Part shown: positions 42,949 through 57,712 of the stretch, in pieces
Layout of the letters: the number at the start of each line of letters is the position of its first letter
How positions within the stretch are numbered: the first letter of the stretch is position 1
Origin: Amoebophrya sp. A120
Taxonomy: Eukaryota; Protista; Dinoflagellata
DNA: 64,000 nt
Direction: 5' to 3'
Assembly: GCA_905178155.1 (NCBI GenBank)
Contig: CAJINV010000002.1
Location: 9,926,650-9,990,649 of the forward strand
Position numbers and translations under genes: made by a program
The notes under the pieces: model-generated
What the model saw: only the letters and a program-made list of their open reading frames with translations
Database searches by the model: none
Told to the model about the DNA's origin: nothing

Positions 42949-45900
42949 TCATTTTTGCTTTTTCGTTAAATCATCGTACACAGCGAGCAGGCCACGCATC
43001 TTTGTAGCAGAAGTTATAGTGATTGAATGGCAATCGTGACCGTACAGAACATAGGAATCCGCGTTCCCGCCCCCGGCTTCCCATCACCTTACAAGTTCCC
43101 TTGCACTTCTTTCCCTCGAGCCTCGCCGCGACTCTCCTTCTGGATAGAAGAGCGACGAAGTGGCGTCGTACCGCGAGCCCTTCTCCGTTATGCCGACCGT
43201 CGAATTCATATTCGTCCGCAGCGAAGACGTCACTGTTCCAGCACCCCCTATGCCGCCACTCCTGCTCAACCCTTGCTGCTCGTACCGTCCGCGGGGGGAC
43301 GCGATTCGATATTGAGAGGAAAAATCCCCCCTCCCCATATTGAAAAGGTATGTTTCCAAAAATTTGTGTTGCGGATTTGAGGTCACAAATCACGTCTGTC
43401 TTGCAAGAAGACAAGGGCAGAAGCTTCCGCCCCATTATGGAAGCGGTTTGTCATGCTGTTGGGCCTAAAGGGGGGCCGTTTGCCATGCTGAACTACTAGA
43501 CCCATACGCCCCTACCTAGCCTGGGGATCTGGCCGCAGTGCCTCTCTGCAATACAAAGCTGATTTGTGGTCACAAATCAGCATTCACAAATTTCCGTTTT
43601 GATATGGGGAGGGGGGATTTTTCATTTTGATATTCGACTACTCGAGTTCATCGTGCCTATTCGGCTGCCAATGGTCCGATTCAGATCGATGCTGCGATCG
43701 TAGGTCCGCGTCCACGGTGGCGGGATAGCCGCGTCCTTGTCTGGAACCAGGTAGGGGGACGAGGACTCGTTCTGTCTTCTAGCCGCGGACGAGAGTATAC
43801 TGGTATTTCCACCATCCGCACGGGGGCTCCGGTTCGTCGTGATGGAAAAGTTTTGGTTACTTTCCCGAGTTTCGTTTTGGAAATGCTCCTGCTGAAACCT
43901 CTGATCGAACATAGCGCGCTCCAACTGCAGAAACCGCCGGTCCATCTCGGCGAGCCGGGATCGCTTGAAATCCAACATCTTGTGTTGCTGCTGAACTAGC
44001 ATGTTCTCGTACCTGAGGATTACATTTTGACGACTCACAACTCTCGGGAAGGTCAGAGTGTCAACATGCGTAGTACTAACTAAATAGCCCAAACATAACA
44101 AAGCGCTCAGTACTTTCGCAGCAAATTCCAGACGCTTTTTGAGAACGTTTCTTGACTTTGCTCTTGCTTGGTGAGCAAATGCACTTCCAGTTTGGTCGCA
44201 AATTCCACCAGGTTCTGCTGCGTCTCGGTTTTCAAATCGGTAATTGACTTTTCCAATGTGCGGCACACGCCCCACAGCTCCCGGACTTCGGCCTCGCGAG
44301 TAGTCTGGTGTAGGTGGCGTTATGTTTGTAGGAGATGATGAAGTCTGTGTTGCATAGACACGCATGGCACCACTGCGTTGTGATGGCTGGTAGTGCTATG
44401 AAAGCTGCAGTGCAATAAACGAAAAGCAATGTACCGCATCCTTCTTCCATTTTGCAACTTCGCCCTCCAGCTTCTTCACGTCTGCGTTTCTCCTCTCCCT
44501 TTCCTCCGATATGCTTCGTAAAAACTAGCTACCTGCTCCACCGCTGCCCTTAATCAAGACACTTGTCAAAAATTCTCGCTCAAGTTGTATATTCTGCATC
44601 TTGCTGCTGATACGAGTCCAGACAAGCATGATAGCACCACGAGAAGAGCTCAACATCGGGAGCAATAATTTTGCCGTAAAAGCGATGTAGAATTCCGCTG
44701 TAGTTTTCACAACCCATACCCAGCACCAGGTCTTCGCACTGTTCCTTGTAGACACCCAGATCCTCCCGGACCTCCATAACGCGGTCGGCGAGATTGCCCA
44801 TCTTTTCCGCCACACTGGTCGTGATTTCCTGCAACTTCCCTTGGACTTTGTCACTCACGTTCCGCCTGTCTCTTTCCAGTTCCGTGAGCCAGTTGTCCTC
44901 CTGGAGCTGCAATACCTCCTGCACTGCGTTGCATATGGATTGCAAAAATGTCTGGGTCTGGAAACTTGTAATGCTGCGTCGGGAATAGTGAAAGCTCTGT
45001 AATGCATAGGCAAGCATGAGAAATGCCTGCGCTTCTTTGTGTTGCGTTTTTCGCATGACAAACTGCGTTTTTGCATGACAGGCAAAAGGGTCTCTTCTTG
45101 GACACGCATCACAAACTTTTTGGTCATGCCAGACAAGCATGACAAATCTCGCAATCTTCCAGACCCAGACATTTTTGCATTTGATATTGCAGGCGGCAAA
45201 GCACTTTTCGAAATTTTTCTCCGCCTCGACGTTCGTGTTGGTTATGCCGACCTTCAGCTTCTCTACTTCGTTCATCACCTCCCCGGTCAGCTGCGTTTCC
45301 AGCTGCGTCAGATTGTCGCGCACATTCGAAGCGAACTCCTCGTGTTGATCCAGCGTTACCGGTCGGTTCCCCGGGTTGGGCGGGTTGTACTGCTGCGAGG
45401 GGAGAATGGTGTCGGTGGACAAAGAGTTCGGATCCTGCTCTGTGTAGTAGTACAGCGGTTTTGGATTTCTCGCGACGTTTTTCCCGCGGTAGACCGCAGA
45501 CGCGGCGCGTTGCCGGGCGCGTGCCCGGGTGGAGTTCGGAGGGATGTGAAGCGGGGTTTGGTTGTTGAAACCCACAGCAGTTGCCTGCTTGCGACTGTAG
45601 TGCAGTTGTGGCGCGGAGGAGTGCTCCTGTAGCTGTGCCGGGTTGATGTTCCGTTGCGGGAAAGAATGCTGCATGTGATCTGCTCTGCGCAGCCGCTTGT
45701 TCGCGGAGGGCGATGAACTCGTCCCCCCTGCAACAAGACTGCTGTAGCTGGTCGCGCCATTGTTCAAGAGCTGGCCACCCTTGCTCGGCGGTGCCCAGGG
45801 AATAACGGGCTTGTTCGGATTATCGCGGACGTCCGGATGCACGAAATATGGACCCCTTTCGTGCGGCTGGAAACAACTGCGCAGGTCTTTATAATTCCCG

Positions 45901-46406
45901 TGGCTCTCTGGTCCTCCTTGCTCGAGCCGTGATCTCGAACTGGCGGTGTCTTGACTTCGGGTACGGCTGCGGGGAGGCGGCAGCTGCGGGGCCCGATCGT
46001 GAAGGTCGTAGGGTTCTTCGTTGGTGTTATTTCCTGGTACTTTCCCTCCTTGATGCGTCGACGTGCCTTTATTTTCTTGCGCTTTCATACTATTCGGAAA
46101 GTAGAAACCTTTGTCGCGAATCTGCTTCACAAAATTGATCGCGTCGTCCAACTCTGCTGGAGTTGGCCCGGCCGCGGGCCTGGGCGGGAGTGCTGCGTTT
46201 GGCTCGTCTCCGTCCGTAATTTGTTGTGACCGGTGTTCTTGCAGATCCTGCGGCGAGCGAGGCACTTCAGATTCCTTGCTGGAACTGGCGCCCTTCTCTT
46301 CCTGCGAGCGCGAGGACATCGCGGGCTTTTTCGAAAAGGTGTCCAGTCCGAGCACGCGGAAGCGCTCCCGCAGCACTTCCCCAGCGCTTTTGTGAGCAGA
46401 GCGCAT
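42949..46406 (-). CDS. Uncharacterised multi-exon low-complexity/coiled-coil protein (boundaries approximate)
   Basis: ORF pieces 44580-46406, 43622-44365 and 43084-43386 can be linked by two introners and GT-AG introns. This may be more than one gene. Confidence 0.55.
43310..43632. mobile_element. Introner (family B)
   Basis: Near-identical reverse complement of 20116-20437, DR ttcga. Confidence 0.93.
44934..45186. mobile_element. Introner (family A)
   Basis: Family A TIR (tatggattgcaaaaatgtctgggtctggaa), DR ttgca. Confidence 0.92.
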
Positions 46407-46977
46407 GATGTTTTTTTCTGCGTTACGTCGGCGGGCAAATTCTCTAGATCTTCATCTTTCACCACGCGCAGACAACGAAAGCACTCTCTTGCTGAGTAGC
46501 TTAGTACACCTTACTGGAAGATAGCATGAGGCGTTACGCACACACGCACACGGAACAAAGAGACAAGCAAAGATGGCCAACGCCAAAAACGCTAGAAGCA
46601 AATGCGCTCCCACTCGCAACACCGTCTGTTTTGGATAATTACACACTCCGCTCTTCACTGTTCAAGCAAAGCCGTGGGCAAGTAGCCTCGTCTCAGCGCA
46701 GGGAAATACTACATCCATACCACTTAGACGCCAGCTTAGGAACACGGGAGGCCGGAGGTGAAGGACTTATCGCTGTGTTGCATAGGTAGCAGATGTAGTC
46801 GCACCACAGAGGTGCTATGAATAGTTGTGATATTTGTCGCGAAAAGGCAACGTCGCGCTCGCCTTCATGTCTCGTTCGCTTTCACCATTCCGCCTACACA
46901 ATTGCGAATAAAGCGAAAAATTCGTGCAGGATTTTGTTTGTCGCCAAGTCGCCTCTACTAGAGGATCTAAGACTCTC

Positions 46978-48069
46978 TCAGTCGTAATCCCCCTCGAGGC
47001 GACATGCCGTTCTCACGGCGTGCGCAATGTCGGGGTTTTCCATGGCAGCGTATCTTCTTTCCTTGTCGTTGAGTTGCTTCGTGACGGCGTCCCCGCTGTT
47101 GTGCGAGCCTTCCAGAATTTGGATGGAGAACTTGGGGAAGCCGCTGTCCGTCGGAATGTCTATCAAATGTAAAAATGTCTGGGTCTGGAAACTTGTGATG
47201 CTGGGGGGCGTCTCATGATGAGGCTACAAATGCTGGCTCAGCATGACAAGTTTCTGAGCTCCTAGGTGTTGCCTATTCTGCATGACAAACTGCGCTTCTG
47301 CATCACACAAAAGCGGAGCTCTTGGGTAACATGCATGACAGATTTAAGAGTCATGCCAGACAAGCATGACAAACCTTGCATCCTTCCAGACCCAGACATT
47401 TTTGCAATCCATAATGTCTTCCCGCAGTTTGTGCATGATCGCCAGCCCGATCAGGGTTGCCAGGCTGCAAACGGGCGAGGTCGGCTTGAAAGTCACGTTG
47501 ATGTACTTTGCTTGTAAGGAGGAGGACGGCGGGTGTGGAGAATCTTGCGGAGACACAAAATTTGCAACTGTTGTTCTATCTTCGTCCACGTCCATTTTCG
47601 TGTCGAGATCGCCGAAATTCGTTATGCTGTAGTAGGTGCCGGAACTGTCCTGCAACGACCGCTCGTCCTGCTGTTGACCGCCCGTACTTATTCTCTCCTG
47701 CTCTGACGAGTTGCAGCACGAGGTCTTACTCGCGGCTGTTGTACCAGCTGCACCGGCCTGGTGGTCTCCACCACAGCACCCGCTTCCGTTATTACTGCTA
47801 CAAGAATTGCCGTTCTGCGCAGTGGTCTTTTTCAGTTGTGTTTTGCACAATTTCCCCTCGCTGTCGGTAACGACAATGCCCTCCGGGTACACCACCTCCA
47901 ATTCTTCTAACGTATACGGCTTTTCTGGATCTTGGATCGTGCGCAAACTGAGGTACACCTCCTCCGCCAGCGGATGGCCCCAGTGGTAGTTGGTGGAGCA
48001 AAATTCCTCCTCCTGCTCTTCATCCTGTTCCCGGGTCTCCAGGTTGGGGTTATCGTTGCCGCAAGACAT
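46978..48069 (-). CDS. CIAO2: CIA2/MIP18 (FAM96) cytosolic Fe-S assembly protein
   Basis: DNPN, IQDPEKPYTLEELEVV, FKPTSPVCSLATLIGL and GSH...KQLNDKER.YAAMENP. One introner. Confidence 0.9.
47161..47413. mobile_element. Introner (family A) in CIA2
   Basis: Family A TIR, DR atgtc. Removal restores LREDIPTDSG. Confidence 0.94.
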
Positions 48070-49235
48070 GTTTTTGTCTGTGCGCTTCCCGGATTTTTCA
48101 AAAGGAGAAACACTTTAAGTCTAACAATCAGAAGTAAGTAACCTTGACAGCGTGTGGGGCACGGCACGAGTCAGGGGGTTTGCGATTGAGTAAAGACAGC
48201 ACAGACGACAAAAAATAAAAACAGAAGGGGTATTGTCGCGTATATTATGGTCTATTTCCAACACAGATTCCTCGACCTGAGATTTTTTTTTCGAAAACGA
48301 TGAAAGAGGCAAGGGCACGATCACGATGCTGGTGTTCATTCTGTCACACGGAAAGATATTCATTTGAAGATCTTCTACTGCGGCAAAAATTGAACCGAGC
48401 TGTTGACTCACATCCTCAATCATGGCCTGCTTATGTCCCGCGAACAGTAAACTTCTCGACCTCGATAATGCGCAGCTTCTAGGGTTGGCTGTTATTTCCG
48501 ATTTCTTTGATGCCTTGCTTTATGCGTTCCCAAATAAACCTCTAGACTTGATCTAAAAATCCGGATTAAAAAATCTTGGCGCAGCAAAGAACAAAGTGGT
48601 TTTGTTTGTGGAAAAATAGGATGTGGCTGGGTGGCTGGTTCTTATAAGCGGTGCTGTTGTATTAACGTCGTTACTTTGGCTTGTCTCCTCGGGGCTAAGG
48701 TTTTACTAAAACTCCTAGCGTTGAAGACCACAAACACCCTTAAAAACTCTTTTGCTCAAAATACGGTGAAAATGTGAGATCCAGCTGTGACCTCGTTGCG
48801 CTCTTTCCCTTGATATTGAACAGAAGCGCGCGGTGAACATATTTAGGTTAAGCAATAGATACGGAAAGGCTGAAAGCGAGTGGGATGCGAAATAGGTTTG
48901 TACTGGAGTTTTTCTCGGTACGATGAAACTTCTCAATAACAACATCTCCCGAAGGTTCAAGCGCTTAATACGCCACCGCGAGGCCAGCCCGCGTGGTCTT
49001 TGCAATATTACAGTTCGTATCATGAGACGTGATATTTTGCGTATATTTAGGATGAAAACTCAAACTACAGTTTGACACCGCGAGTAATTATGGCTCGCTC
49101 TATATTACGTATTTGACGACCAGGACCTTCCTGCTAAACGCTCCCTTGTCCTCACCTTGTGTGACAAGTTTTTTCTTTTTTTTGCATATTCTTCCCGTCC
49201 GAACCTGAGCGCACTTTTTGTTCGGACTTTTCGTC

Positions 49236-50946
49236 TTACGCCAGTCCCTTCTCTTTCATCAATCGCAGCATGTTGGAGCCCAGCTCGGCGGGCGAGGGGG
49301 TGACTACCGCCCCCGCAGCTTCCAGGGCCGCGATCTTGTCGCTGGCCTTGCCCTTGCCACCGGAAATGATGGCACCCGCGTGCCCCATGCGTCGCCCTGG
49401 CGGCGCAGTGACACCTGTGATAGTAGTTGTTTCATTCTCGGTTTATTTCTGTGAAAATGGTCATCAACATTCGAACAAACATCATACCCAGTTTATATCA
49501 GGATGAATTTTATTTGACTCTTCGTACACGGCTCCATCTGGATAGAGCTAGTTTAAGCTTTATACCCGCAATAAAGGACACCACCGGCTTGCCCGTGTTG
49601 TTGTGCTTCAACCACTCCGCCGCGTCCTCCTCGGCGGTCCCACCAATTTCGCCAATCATGATGATGCCCTCCGTTTGTGGGTCCTTCACGAATCGCTCCA
49701 GGCAGTCGATGAAGTTGGTACCGTTAAACGGGTCCCCGCCAATTCCCACGCACGTGGACTGCCCGAGCCCGGTCACGGTCGTTTGGTGCACCGCTTCGTA
49801 AGTCAGCGTACCTGGGCAGGATGGAATAAAACGAAAAGTGAAGCAAAAACAGTCATCAACCGGATGCATCATACAATATGGCAAGAAATCCAATAGTGAT
49901 TCACTTTGACACGGTCAACGTCGCGAGCTGGTTGTATCTCAAAACACTTGAATACCACTCCTGCTGACGACGCCGATTTTTCCAGCCTGGTGGATATAAC
50001 CGGGCATGATTCCGATCTTGCACTCGCCGGGCTTGATAATACCGGGGCAGTTCGGGCCAATCAACCGCGTTTTTGTTTGCGTGTTCAATGCATGCAGCAC
50101 TTTTACCATGTCCTGCTGCGGAATACCTTGCATTTTGTAGTTGATGTGGAAATTACAACTCAATGAAGTACATATTCCTCTACTGCGCTCTCTTCATTTC
50201 GCAAGTATTAACACCAATATGATTCTCGTTTTGATTTTGAAGGCAACATGATCGGTTGCATGCACAAGAATTCAATAGCTGCGTCACATTCTTGTGCTGC
50301 AACTACCCCCTTCATTACCTTCCGTGATGCACACCACGAGATCCATTTCGGCTTCGATAGCCTCGAGAATGGCGGCCGCAGCACCCGATGGCGGCACGTA
50401 GATCACACTAGCATTGGCTCCCGTTTCCTTCTTCGCCTGTTGATTTTGGGTTCATACGTCACCTCTACTGAGTTACCATAAAGGGAAAGGACGAGAGCGG
50501 AATGTGGTGGATATTATGTATGATTCACTTGTATTCTTATTACGTGTAAACCACCCAAACACGACGGCGCATCAAAAAATCATACGCCTGTTAAAGTAGA
50601 CATAGAGGCCTACTTATTGCTGTGACAGTGAAACCTATGTTGCCTCTCAAAGGTGGAACAAAGAATCTACCGATTGCAGGTCGGCGAAGACCGGGCGGTC
50701 CAAGTGCATGGTCCCTGCCTTTTTTGGGTTGATCCCGCCTACCACGTTGGTGCCGTACTCGATGGCCTGCTTCGTGTGGAAGGTTCCCTGGCCACCGGTC
50801 ATACCCTGCACCAGCAGTTTCGTGTTCTTGTCCACGAACACAGCCGCCGTCGCGCTGAAATTTCGGCTTTGCTGCGAGCTGAAGGACGACCGCGCCGAGG
50901 CACCAACGCTGCCCAGCACGCGGTTGGACATCAATTTAGACAGCAT
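49236..50946 (-). CDS. SUCLG1: Succinyl-CoA ligase alpha subunit, mitochondrial, multi-exon
   Basis: [50 protein letters not shown] and RRMGHAGAI, with a transit-peptide-like N-terminus. Introns are GT-AG. Confidence 0.96.
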
Positions 50947-51909
50947 TTTGTGCGCTTGCTTTTGGCGCTGCTGTTTTTTGCTATTTGTATTCTATGTTGA
51001 GTATCTTACGACGACGTACTTTGGTCTGTTTCGCGTGACGGAGTGCCCGTAGCTTTTGTGGAGAAAGTCGTGATGATGAGTAGTTCTTCTAGCTTTATTC
51101 GCTAGTACATACAAAATTTAGAAACAGTGCACAAAGTTCTTTCGGGGTACTTGATGAGCTCTCGTGAGTTTGCTGAGCTGTCAAACCCAGTCTCCTGTAA
51201 AGTTGTGTCATGGAAACAACGCTTTACACATAGGCAGTTACTTTTACGTAGTGCGAGCGTGTTCGTACAGCAAGACACCATAGGGAAGAAAACAAACGGC
51301 TCTCTCGCTCACACACAAAGCTCAATTGAAAAATCTTGAACCAACGGGGAAGATACATGTGGCAAAAAAAGGCTCAAAAAACACTACACGTAACCGAATT
51401 CGCAAAGAAAGCAAGACCGAGTTTTTCGAAAAGAATTCCTTCAGGCAAACAGACCAAACATGTTCTCTCGGAGACCGACACCGTGGTTCTGATTTGAAAC
51501 TATCTTATTGAGTTCATATAAAGACTACTCGAAGTGGGACGAAACCGATTAGAGCAATCGTTCCGTATGATGAATGGTATGTAAGTAACTCCACTCTACG
51601 CAGTATCTTGTCTGTCACGAGAAATCTTTTCTATTTTTCCGCACTTTGCTTACTGGTTGCTGGTACATTCTTCTCAAAGGCTTGACCTTGCGTACTTCTG
51701 CTTCTATTTCACTTCGCACAACTTCTACTTCAAGAAAGTGCTTCCATATAGAATTCCGGCTGCACCTCTCACAGAACTACTTTGTGACTTGGTAATTCAT
51801 TAGTCCGAACAGGCAAAAACCGTTCATCTTAATCTTCATCCTCGGCTCCGAGGCCGGGATCCCGGAAACAATCCTAGCTAGGGCTTCGAGGTGGTCGTCC
51901 CTCCAGCTT

Positions 51910-54362
51910 TTAGTGATCATCAAACTCCCCCGCCTCCGAGTCTTCCGCTGTTGACAGCAGCCGTTTCACCTTTTCGATTTGCGCGTGAAACAGCTGCAAA
52001 TTCCGCTCCTCCTCGCGCAGGGCCCGGCGCCGCGCTCGCAGTTCTGCTTCGGCCTGCTGAATCTGGTGTGCGACAAATGCAGGCTCCAGATCCAGTTCCC
52101 GCAGCTCTTTCACGCTAGCTTGCTGCAGGGCGTCGTACCCACAGGTGGTGCCCGATTCGAATAGCCCGTCGCGAAACAACAAGGAAAGCCACTTCTTGGC
52201 GGGGCTAGGCTGTGATGGAAGTAAATCGCTTCTAGAAGTTGTGAGCTGTTTCTCTTTCTCGCGTGCAGTCTGACCAGGAATTGACCCGATTCGATGGTTT
52301 CCTGGTTCTGTCGCCGACGTCGTGTTGTGCGAAAGATAATTTGCTGCAAGTTTCTTTTCTTGCGACGTTGTGGCGGAATAAAATCGTTCTTGTGCGTCGA
52401 GCACCTCCTTCATGTGAGATGAGAAAGCATCTCCCTGTCCTTCAGAAAAAAACTTCCCTTTCGTTCCCAGCGTGTTCGTCGAGTGTGGCCACTTACTTTT
52501 GTTTTCGATTTCGCCGCCACGTGGTGCTTCAACCTGAGTTTCCTGAGCCAACGAGTCGTCTTTCTTCGGAGCAAGTCCTGTTCCTTTGCCAGCTTTGATG
52601 CTCCCGTTATTTTCTCCCTGCTGCAAAAATTGTACCTGCCGCAAGTGAACCTTTTCCCAGGCAAAACTCGCATCCGATGTGGAGCTACTGTCGGAATCAG
52701 AGTCTTCACAATCGCTCCCCAATAAAGAATCAATCTCCACTGGTCTGTAGTGCGCATCATCACGAGACCGTTTTTCCAATAAAGATGCATCAGAATCAGT
52801 TCTTTTCCAATCGGCGAAATTGACCCCAAAATCCGAATGCCGCTGCACTTTGCGGCCTTTTGGGTCGCTACCTTTCTCACTGTTGCCCTTTGATGGATGT
52901 CGCCGATAGTGCTGGTTCTGGTGGCACTCCGACGTTGACACAGGCTCGCGGGATTGTTGCGCTTTCAGGCTGGAGAAGGTTCATGTGGTAGTTAAGTTTC
53001 CATTTACTAGGTGAAAGTAGTTACGAATATCTAGAAAATTCTAAAAAAAAACATTCACCAAATGCAGCCTCCCCAGTCGCTAGCTCACCAGAATTTTCAC
53101 AACATTTGAGAACTCATCGTCTTAGTCTTACCTGATAGCGCTACTAGTCTGCTTTCCCGCGCCCCTCTTCATGGAAGATGCCGCCCTCGCATCTTGGGTG
53201 GAGTCGCTGTCGGAAGAGGACGTCCCACTCGCTCTGGCTTCCTCCCTCGCTTCGACTTCCCCGACACCGCCTCCCCCCGGGCATGATTTATTTTCTTCCG
53301 CAGTTGCCTTCTGCGCTGCAGAGTCCTCCTCCCCGGAGCAGTCCGGATTCAATCTTCCATTGTCGCTGGAAAAAAATTCGTCCTTGTCGTTACACCTCTG
53401 CATCAACACTTTAAAGGCCTTCTCTGCGATGCTTTCCTCCGCTTCGCGCAGCTTCGCGAACAGGTCCTCCGGCTCAGGTTGCACGGGCTTTTCCCCCAAC
53501 AGCGCCGGTATTTTCACCGAACACCGCCACTTTGTCACCTTGATATCGCGCGGGTTCCTTGGCCGTTTCTGCTGTTTCTTGTTTGCAGACGAGTTGTTGC
53601 GTCTACTCGTACCTGCCATAGAAGTTGCAGCTCCCGACTGCTCCAGACCAGTCGGGAGCTTCCCGTCTGAAGTTTCGGGACCACCGTCGAGCAGCGCGAC
53701 GTTCCCAGATGCAACATGCAGCAATAATTCTGAACCGCCCCCAGCACAGGTCACCGCTTGCAGTTGTGGCTCCAGCACCTCAATGGCGTGTCGCGTGTCG
53801 AGTATGGGGTACTAGAGATGTGAACTTTTGACCAACCTAGTTCCATGCCTGAGAAGGCCGCGGTCTATTAGCAACGAACATGCACCGATCTCTTCAGTTG
53901 CACTGTGGTGCAGCTGCTTGTGCTGTATACTCCTGAACGATATTTATCGAGGATGTAACATCAACCGCCAAACGATACTACATCTCACCTCCATACACTG
54001 CACAAGTTTGTTGTGCGCCGCCGCGTCACCTGCGTTAACTGGTATTTTCCGCTTGTTTTCCCGCACGAGTCTCGCCGTATGCAAGAAAATCCTTTCCGTG
54101 TGATCCGAACGAAAAATTGTGCTGCGACTATACTCTTAATGCACAGAGAAAAACTCATACAAAACCAAAAGGAAAAGCAGGACCACTCTAGTTCGAAATA
54201 ATGCGAATCAGAGCCACAACCGAGGTACTCGTCGCGGAACGAGCCTCCGAATATGAGAAGGACATCACGTAAGGACCCTCCGTAAATGACCAGCAGATTC
54301 AGCTTGCTCTTCCAGCTTGTCTCCTCAACTGGGAGTTCGATCTCCCCTACCGCGTCCGCCAT
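51910..54362 (-). CDS. Uncharacterised protein(s); exon structure unresolved
   Basis: Long - strand ORFs 53985-54362, 53128-53778 and 51910-52941 with splice-like junctions. No family recognised. Confidence 0.45.
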
Positions 54363-55316
54363 TTTGATGTTTTTTTTCGCTATATTATGGCACTTTTCGA
54401 TTTGTATTTGATACGGGGCATACGTTGTGAAATCAACAACTATAAGCCGTTTGACGAGCTGAGAAATTCTTGCCTGCGCAGCGAGACCGAGAATGGTCGG
54501 CAGTCAAATTGAACCACTTAATCACTTCACCCGATTAACATCACTGACTAATGAGGTGAGTGAATCTGAGTCGTACTCGCAAATGCAAAATGCAAACGGT
54601 TACAACCCTGCTTGCTTAGCTATTGTGAAGACGAACTGTAGCGATGTTTGCGAAAGACGAAGAGGACGAGGGAGAGTACTAAGTTCGGCGTAGCACCTTA
54701 TCAACTACTGGCAGACACGTGCTTCGCGACAAACCCGGAATCAAACAATATTCCATCGAAGTCTATGCAACCACCATGTACTTCGCTATCGCTTCTTTTG
54801 TTCTTGGTTACAGTGGCATAAGTACTTCACCGCCGACAGATCTCGGGCACAACTGGTTAGTAGTGGCACACTTGATCCAGGCTCTGGCTTGTCAACACAC
54901 ACGATCGCTGCAGCTGCACGCAGTTCTTTTGTCACGAGCTAGACGCAGAGACGAGATCTGCTTCCACACTGACTTCTGCACAAGCGCCCACAAACGGCAA
55001 TCCTTTATTCCATGACGATCCTTATCGTGATCCTGAATTCAGGTCATCATCTTCCAACAAGAGAGGCCCACGGTATGTAATCTTCGGGATCACCTCGCGT
55101 ACTGCTTTCTGAGCTCGATGTGGACCTACCGAAAACTAACTTTTCCTGGGGTCGAACACCTCCTGCCCCAATTCCGCGCTGCAAAGCCGTGCTTTCACAC
55201 GACGGATCATTGCTTCCGAAAGCAGCAGTACCCTCGATTATGGATTTTAGTTTTCATCTTTTAACTTTTTGTTTTTTATTTCCTTCGATGAGATCAGGCA
55301 TCTTCAATCACCTCCT

Positions 55317-56815
55317 TCATTTCCCGGACATGCTTCCAGCGAGGTCCTGCAGCTTTGGCGGCACTTTCAAAATTTCCAACAGAGTCACTTTTGCCTCCAG
55401 GGAACTCAACACGCGTTGCCTTGTGCTCTCGGATGAATCACCACCCTCTAAACCGCATGTGCTTGCTGGCAGTAGCGACGCAAAATTCACCTGCAAGCAG
55501 GCATCAGCCTTAATATCTTCCTCGAGCGTGGAACGGCCTGTGACCACTACGGTCTTCCGAAAGTTGTCGCCCACGGAGAGTTCCGCCCGCACGCTGAGCC
55601 CCGGGTAGCCCAGCCGAAAGAAGAGGAGTCCAAAATTTTCGTGCGGGTAGTTCGGCAGGCACTCGAGCCAGAAATCGCCCAGGTGCACATGAAAAAGTCG
55701 GAAGGGGGTACTTACCAGAGTTTGGCTGGCGAGCAACCTGAACGAAATTATTTTACGCAGTTTCTACATCAAACCAAAAACTTCGGAACACAGTTTTCGC
55801 TCGTCCACGTATTTATGTAAGTGTGGTGACGGCTCCTCATGTGGTTATCGGAATCAAATCAAGAAGTGAAATGCAGAACATACAAGAAAACGCATTTCAA
55901 CGTATACAGTTCGTTTGCGTTTTCCATAGACGTTGCGGTGGCAGCGAGCTGCGGGGCGACTCGGTCCTTCGGAAACAGTGCGTGCCCCTGCGGAGACCTT
56001 AAGCGCCAGCGGGCAGAAAGCTCTCCATCCACTTGCACGGTCTGCAGGATTTCCTTCTCGTGGTCCACTTCCTTCGCACTACTATTTCCGTTTTCAGTCT
56101 GTCCTGCTTCTCCGTTTTCTTTCATTCCTGCTGCAAAACTTCCCCCGTCGTGTCGAACAAACTGTGCACTGCTTCCAGCACCTTCTGGCTCCTCTATGCA
56201 TTCCACTTCGAAGCTCTGCCCGGCATCTTCTACCTGAAGACCTTCGTCGCCTGCTCGGGAAAAAGTTGGTATTTCGATGGTATCGCTGATCGCACTCAAA
56301 GGCGAGCGATGGGCTTCCTTTTCGTTCACCAAAACGCGGAGCGTGATGCTCTTTTTACCAGCACCACCTGGGTTTACTTGATGCGTTGCCGAGTCGCTTG
56401 TTGGCGCACTTTCAGAACTTGAGGTAGAAGACTTAGCACCACCACGGATAATTCCTACTGCAGACTGTGCCTGCGGGGTGTGAGTCTGCCACACGTTTAG
56501 AAAAAACCTTCCAGATGACACAGAGGCTCCTGAGCTTGCACCACTTCCGGAAGATTTATCTTCCCCCGTAGTCGTGGTGTTCTCGCTGCCGGCCCCGCTC
56601 TCCTCCGGTAGGTCTTTCCGCAGCAATTCCAGCCGCACAGACGTGTTGCTACCTGGAAGTGTGAACGTCGAACTAGTGGTGCTCTGAAAAAAGGGTGGCG
56701 GGTTTCTCACGGTCCACCTGTAGCCCGCCGGTATCTTCTCCGTGACATTCCGATGGCGCAGAAGTGACTTCGGCGTCGGAAACTTCCTGGTTAGGTCATT
56801 TGCCAATCGCTGCAT
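55317..56815 (-). CDS. Uncharacterised protein; may extend through further exons towards about 54700
   Basis: ORFs 55859-56863 (ATG at 56815) and 55317-55736 with a GT-AG-like junction. Confidence 0.45.
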
Positions 56816-57712
56816 GGTCTTTATGTTTCTGTCACAAGATTTTTGAAAAAAAAACGCAAGCAACTTTAAGCGATGATGGTGTTCCGCAAGGGCGGAATAT
56901 TCTCAAAAACAAAAAGGTTTTAGGACATGGTATCGCGAAGCAGCTAAGGTGCAGCTTGAGGCAGTGCTACAACAAGCTAGAAGTTTCTAACAATTTGAGT
57001 TTGATTCTGGACTAATTAGAAAAGATTTCATACGCATAGAAACCGAAGGACGTGCTACTTTTTAGCACGCATCGCAGCGTTTTTCACACCGCGGATTCTC
57101 CTCGACAACGATGCCTGACCATTAAATGGTGTGCAAAAGATCGAGCCTTGAAGACCGAAAACGCAAAAACAGTTTCGAGATCAACCCTTTACTCGCACCT
57201 TATGGCAAAAAGAGTTTCGAGATCAATAAAGCATGGACCACCGTTTTTTCAGTTTTTCATTTGTCTCGAAACCCGTAAATGCTGTCTTCCATCTATGATC
57301 TCCGGATCAAGGTGTGCGCGTTGAAGACAAGCGCAACCGCAATAAAGCTTGTGAGTTGTGCCGTACGTCGCAAACACAGATACCATGCACTGTCCACTTC
57401 TGTTTATCTCCGAGAACAAAATGGTCGGCGACAAAAGTTTCGTTGCTCACAGTAGAGCCGTGCGTGGAGGTAAGAATACCTCTTTTTGTTTCGTGATCAT
57501 GTTCATGTAAGCAAGCTTTTTCAACATTGGAAGATGAGAGTCACACACCACACTGGAAGCAAAAGTTGCAGAATTCGTCGCTCAAGATAAATCAATATCA
57601 GCCGGCACAATATGCCGTGAAGCAGCACGGCACTACAAGAAGTATTCCACGCAGCGTCCGCGTTGCGACTGTTCAACACAATTCGCAAGCAGCGCTTCTA
57701 CGTTCGGAATCT

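Noticed and set aside
44580-46406. Stop-free read-through of the introner within the 608-aa ORF as real protein sequence
   Set aside because: Element plus repeat is 258 bp (in frame) and happens to lack a stop. It has the same ends as the other copies, so splicing is more likely, although retention cannot be excluded.
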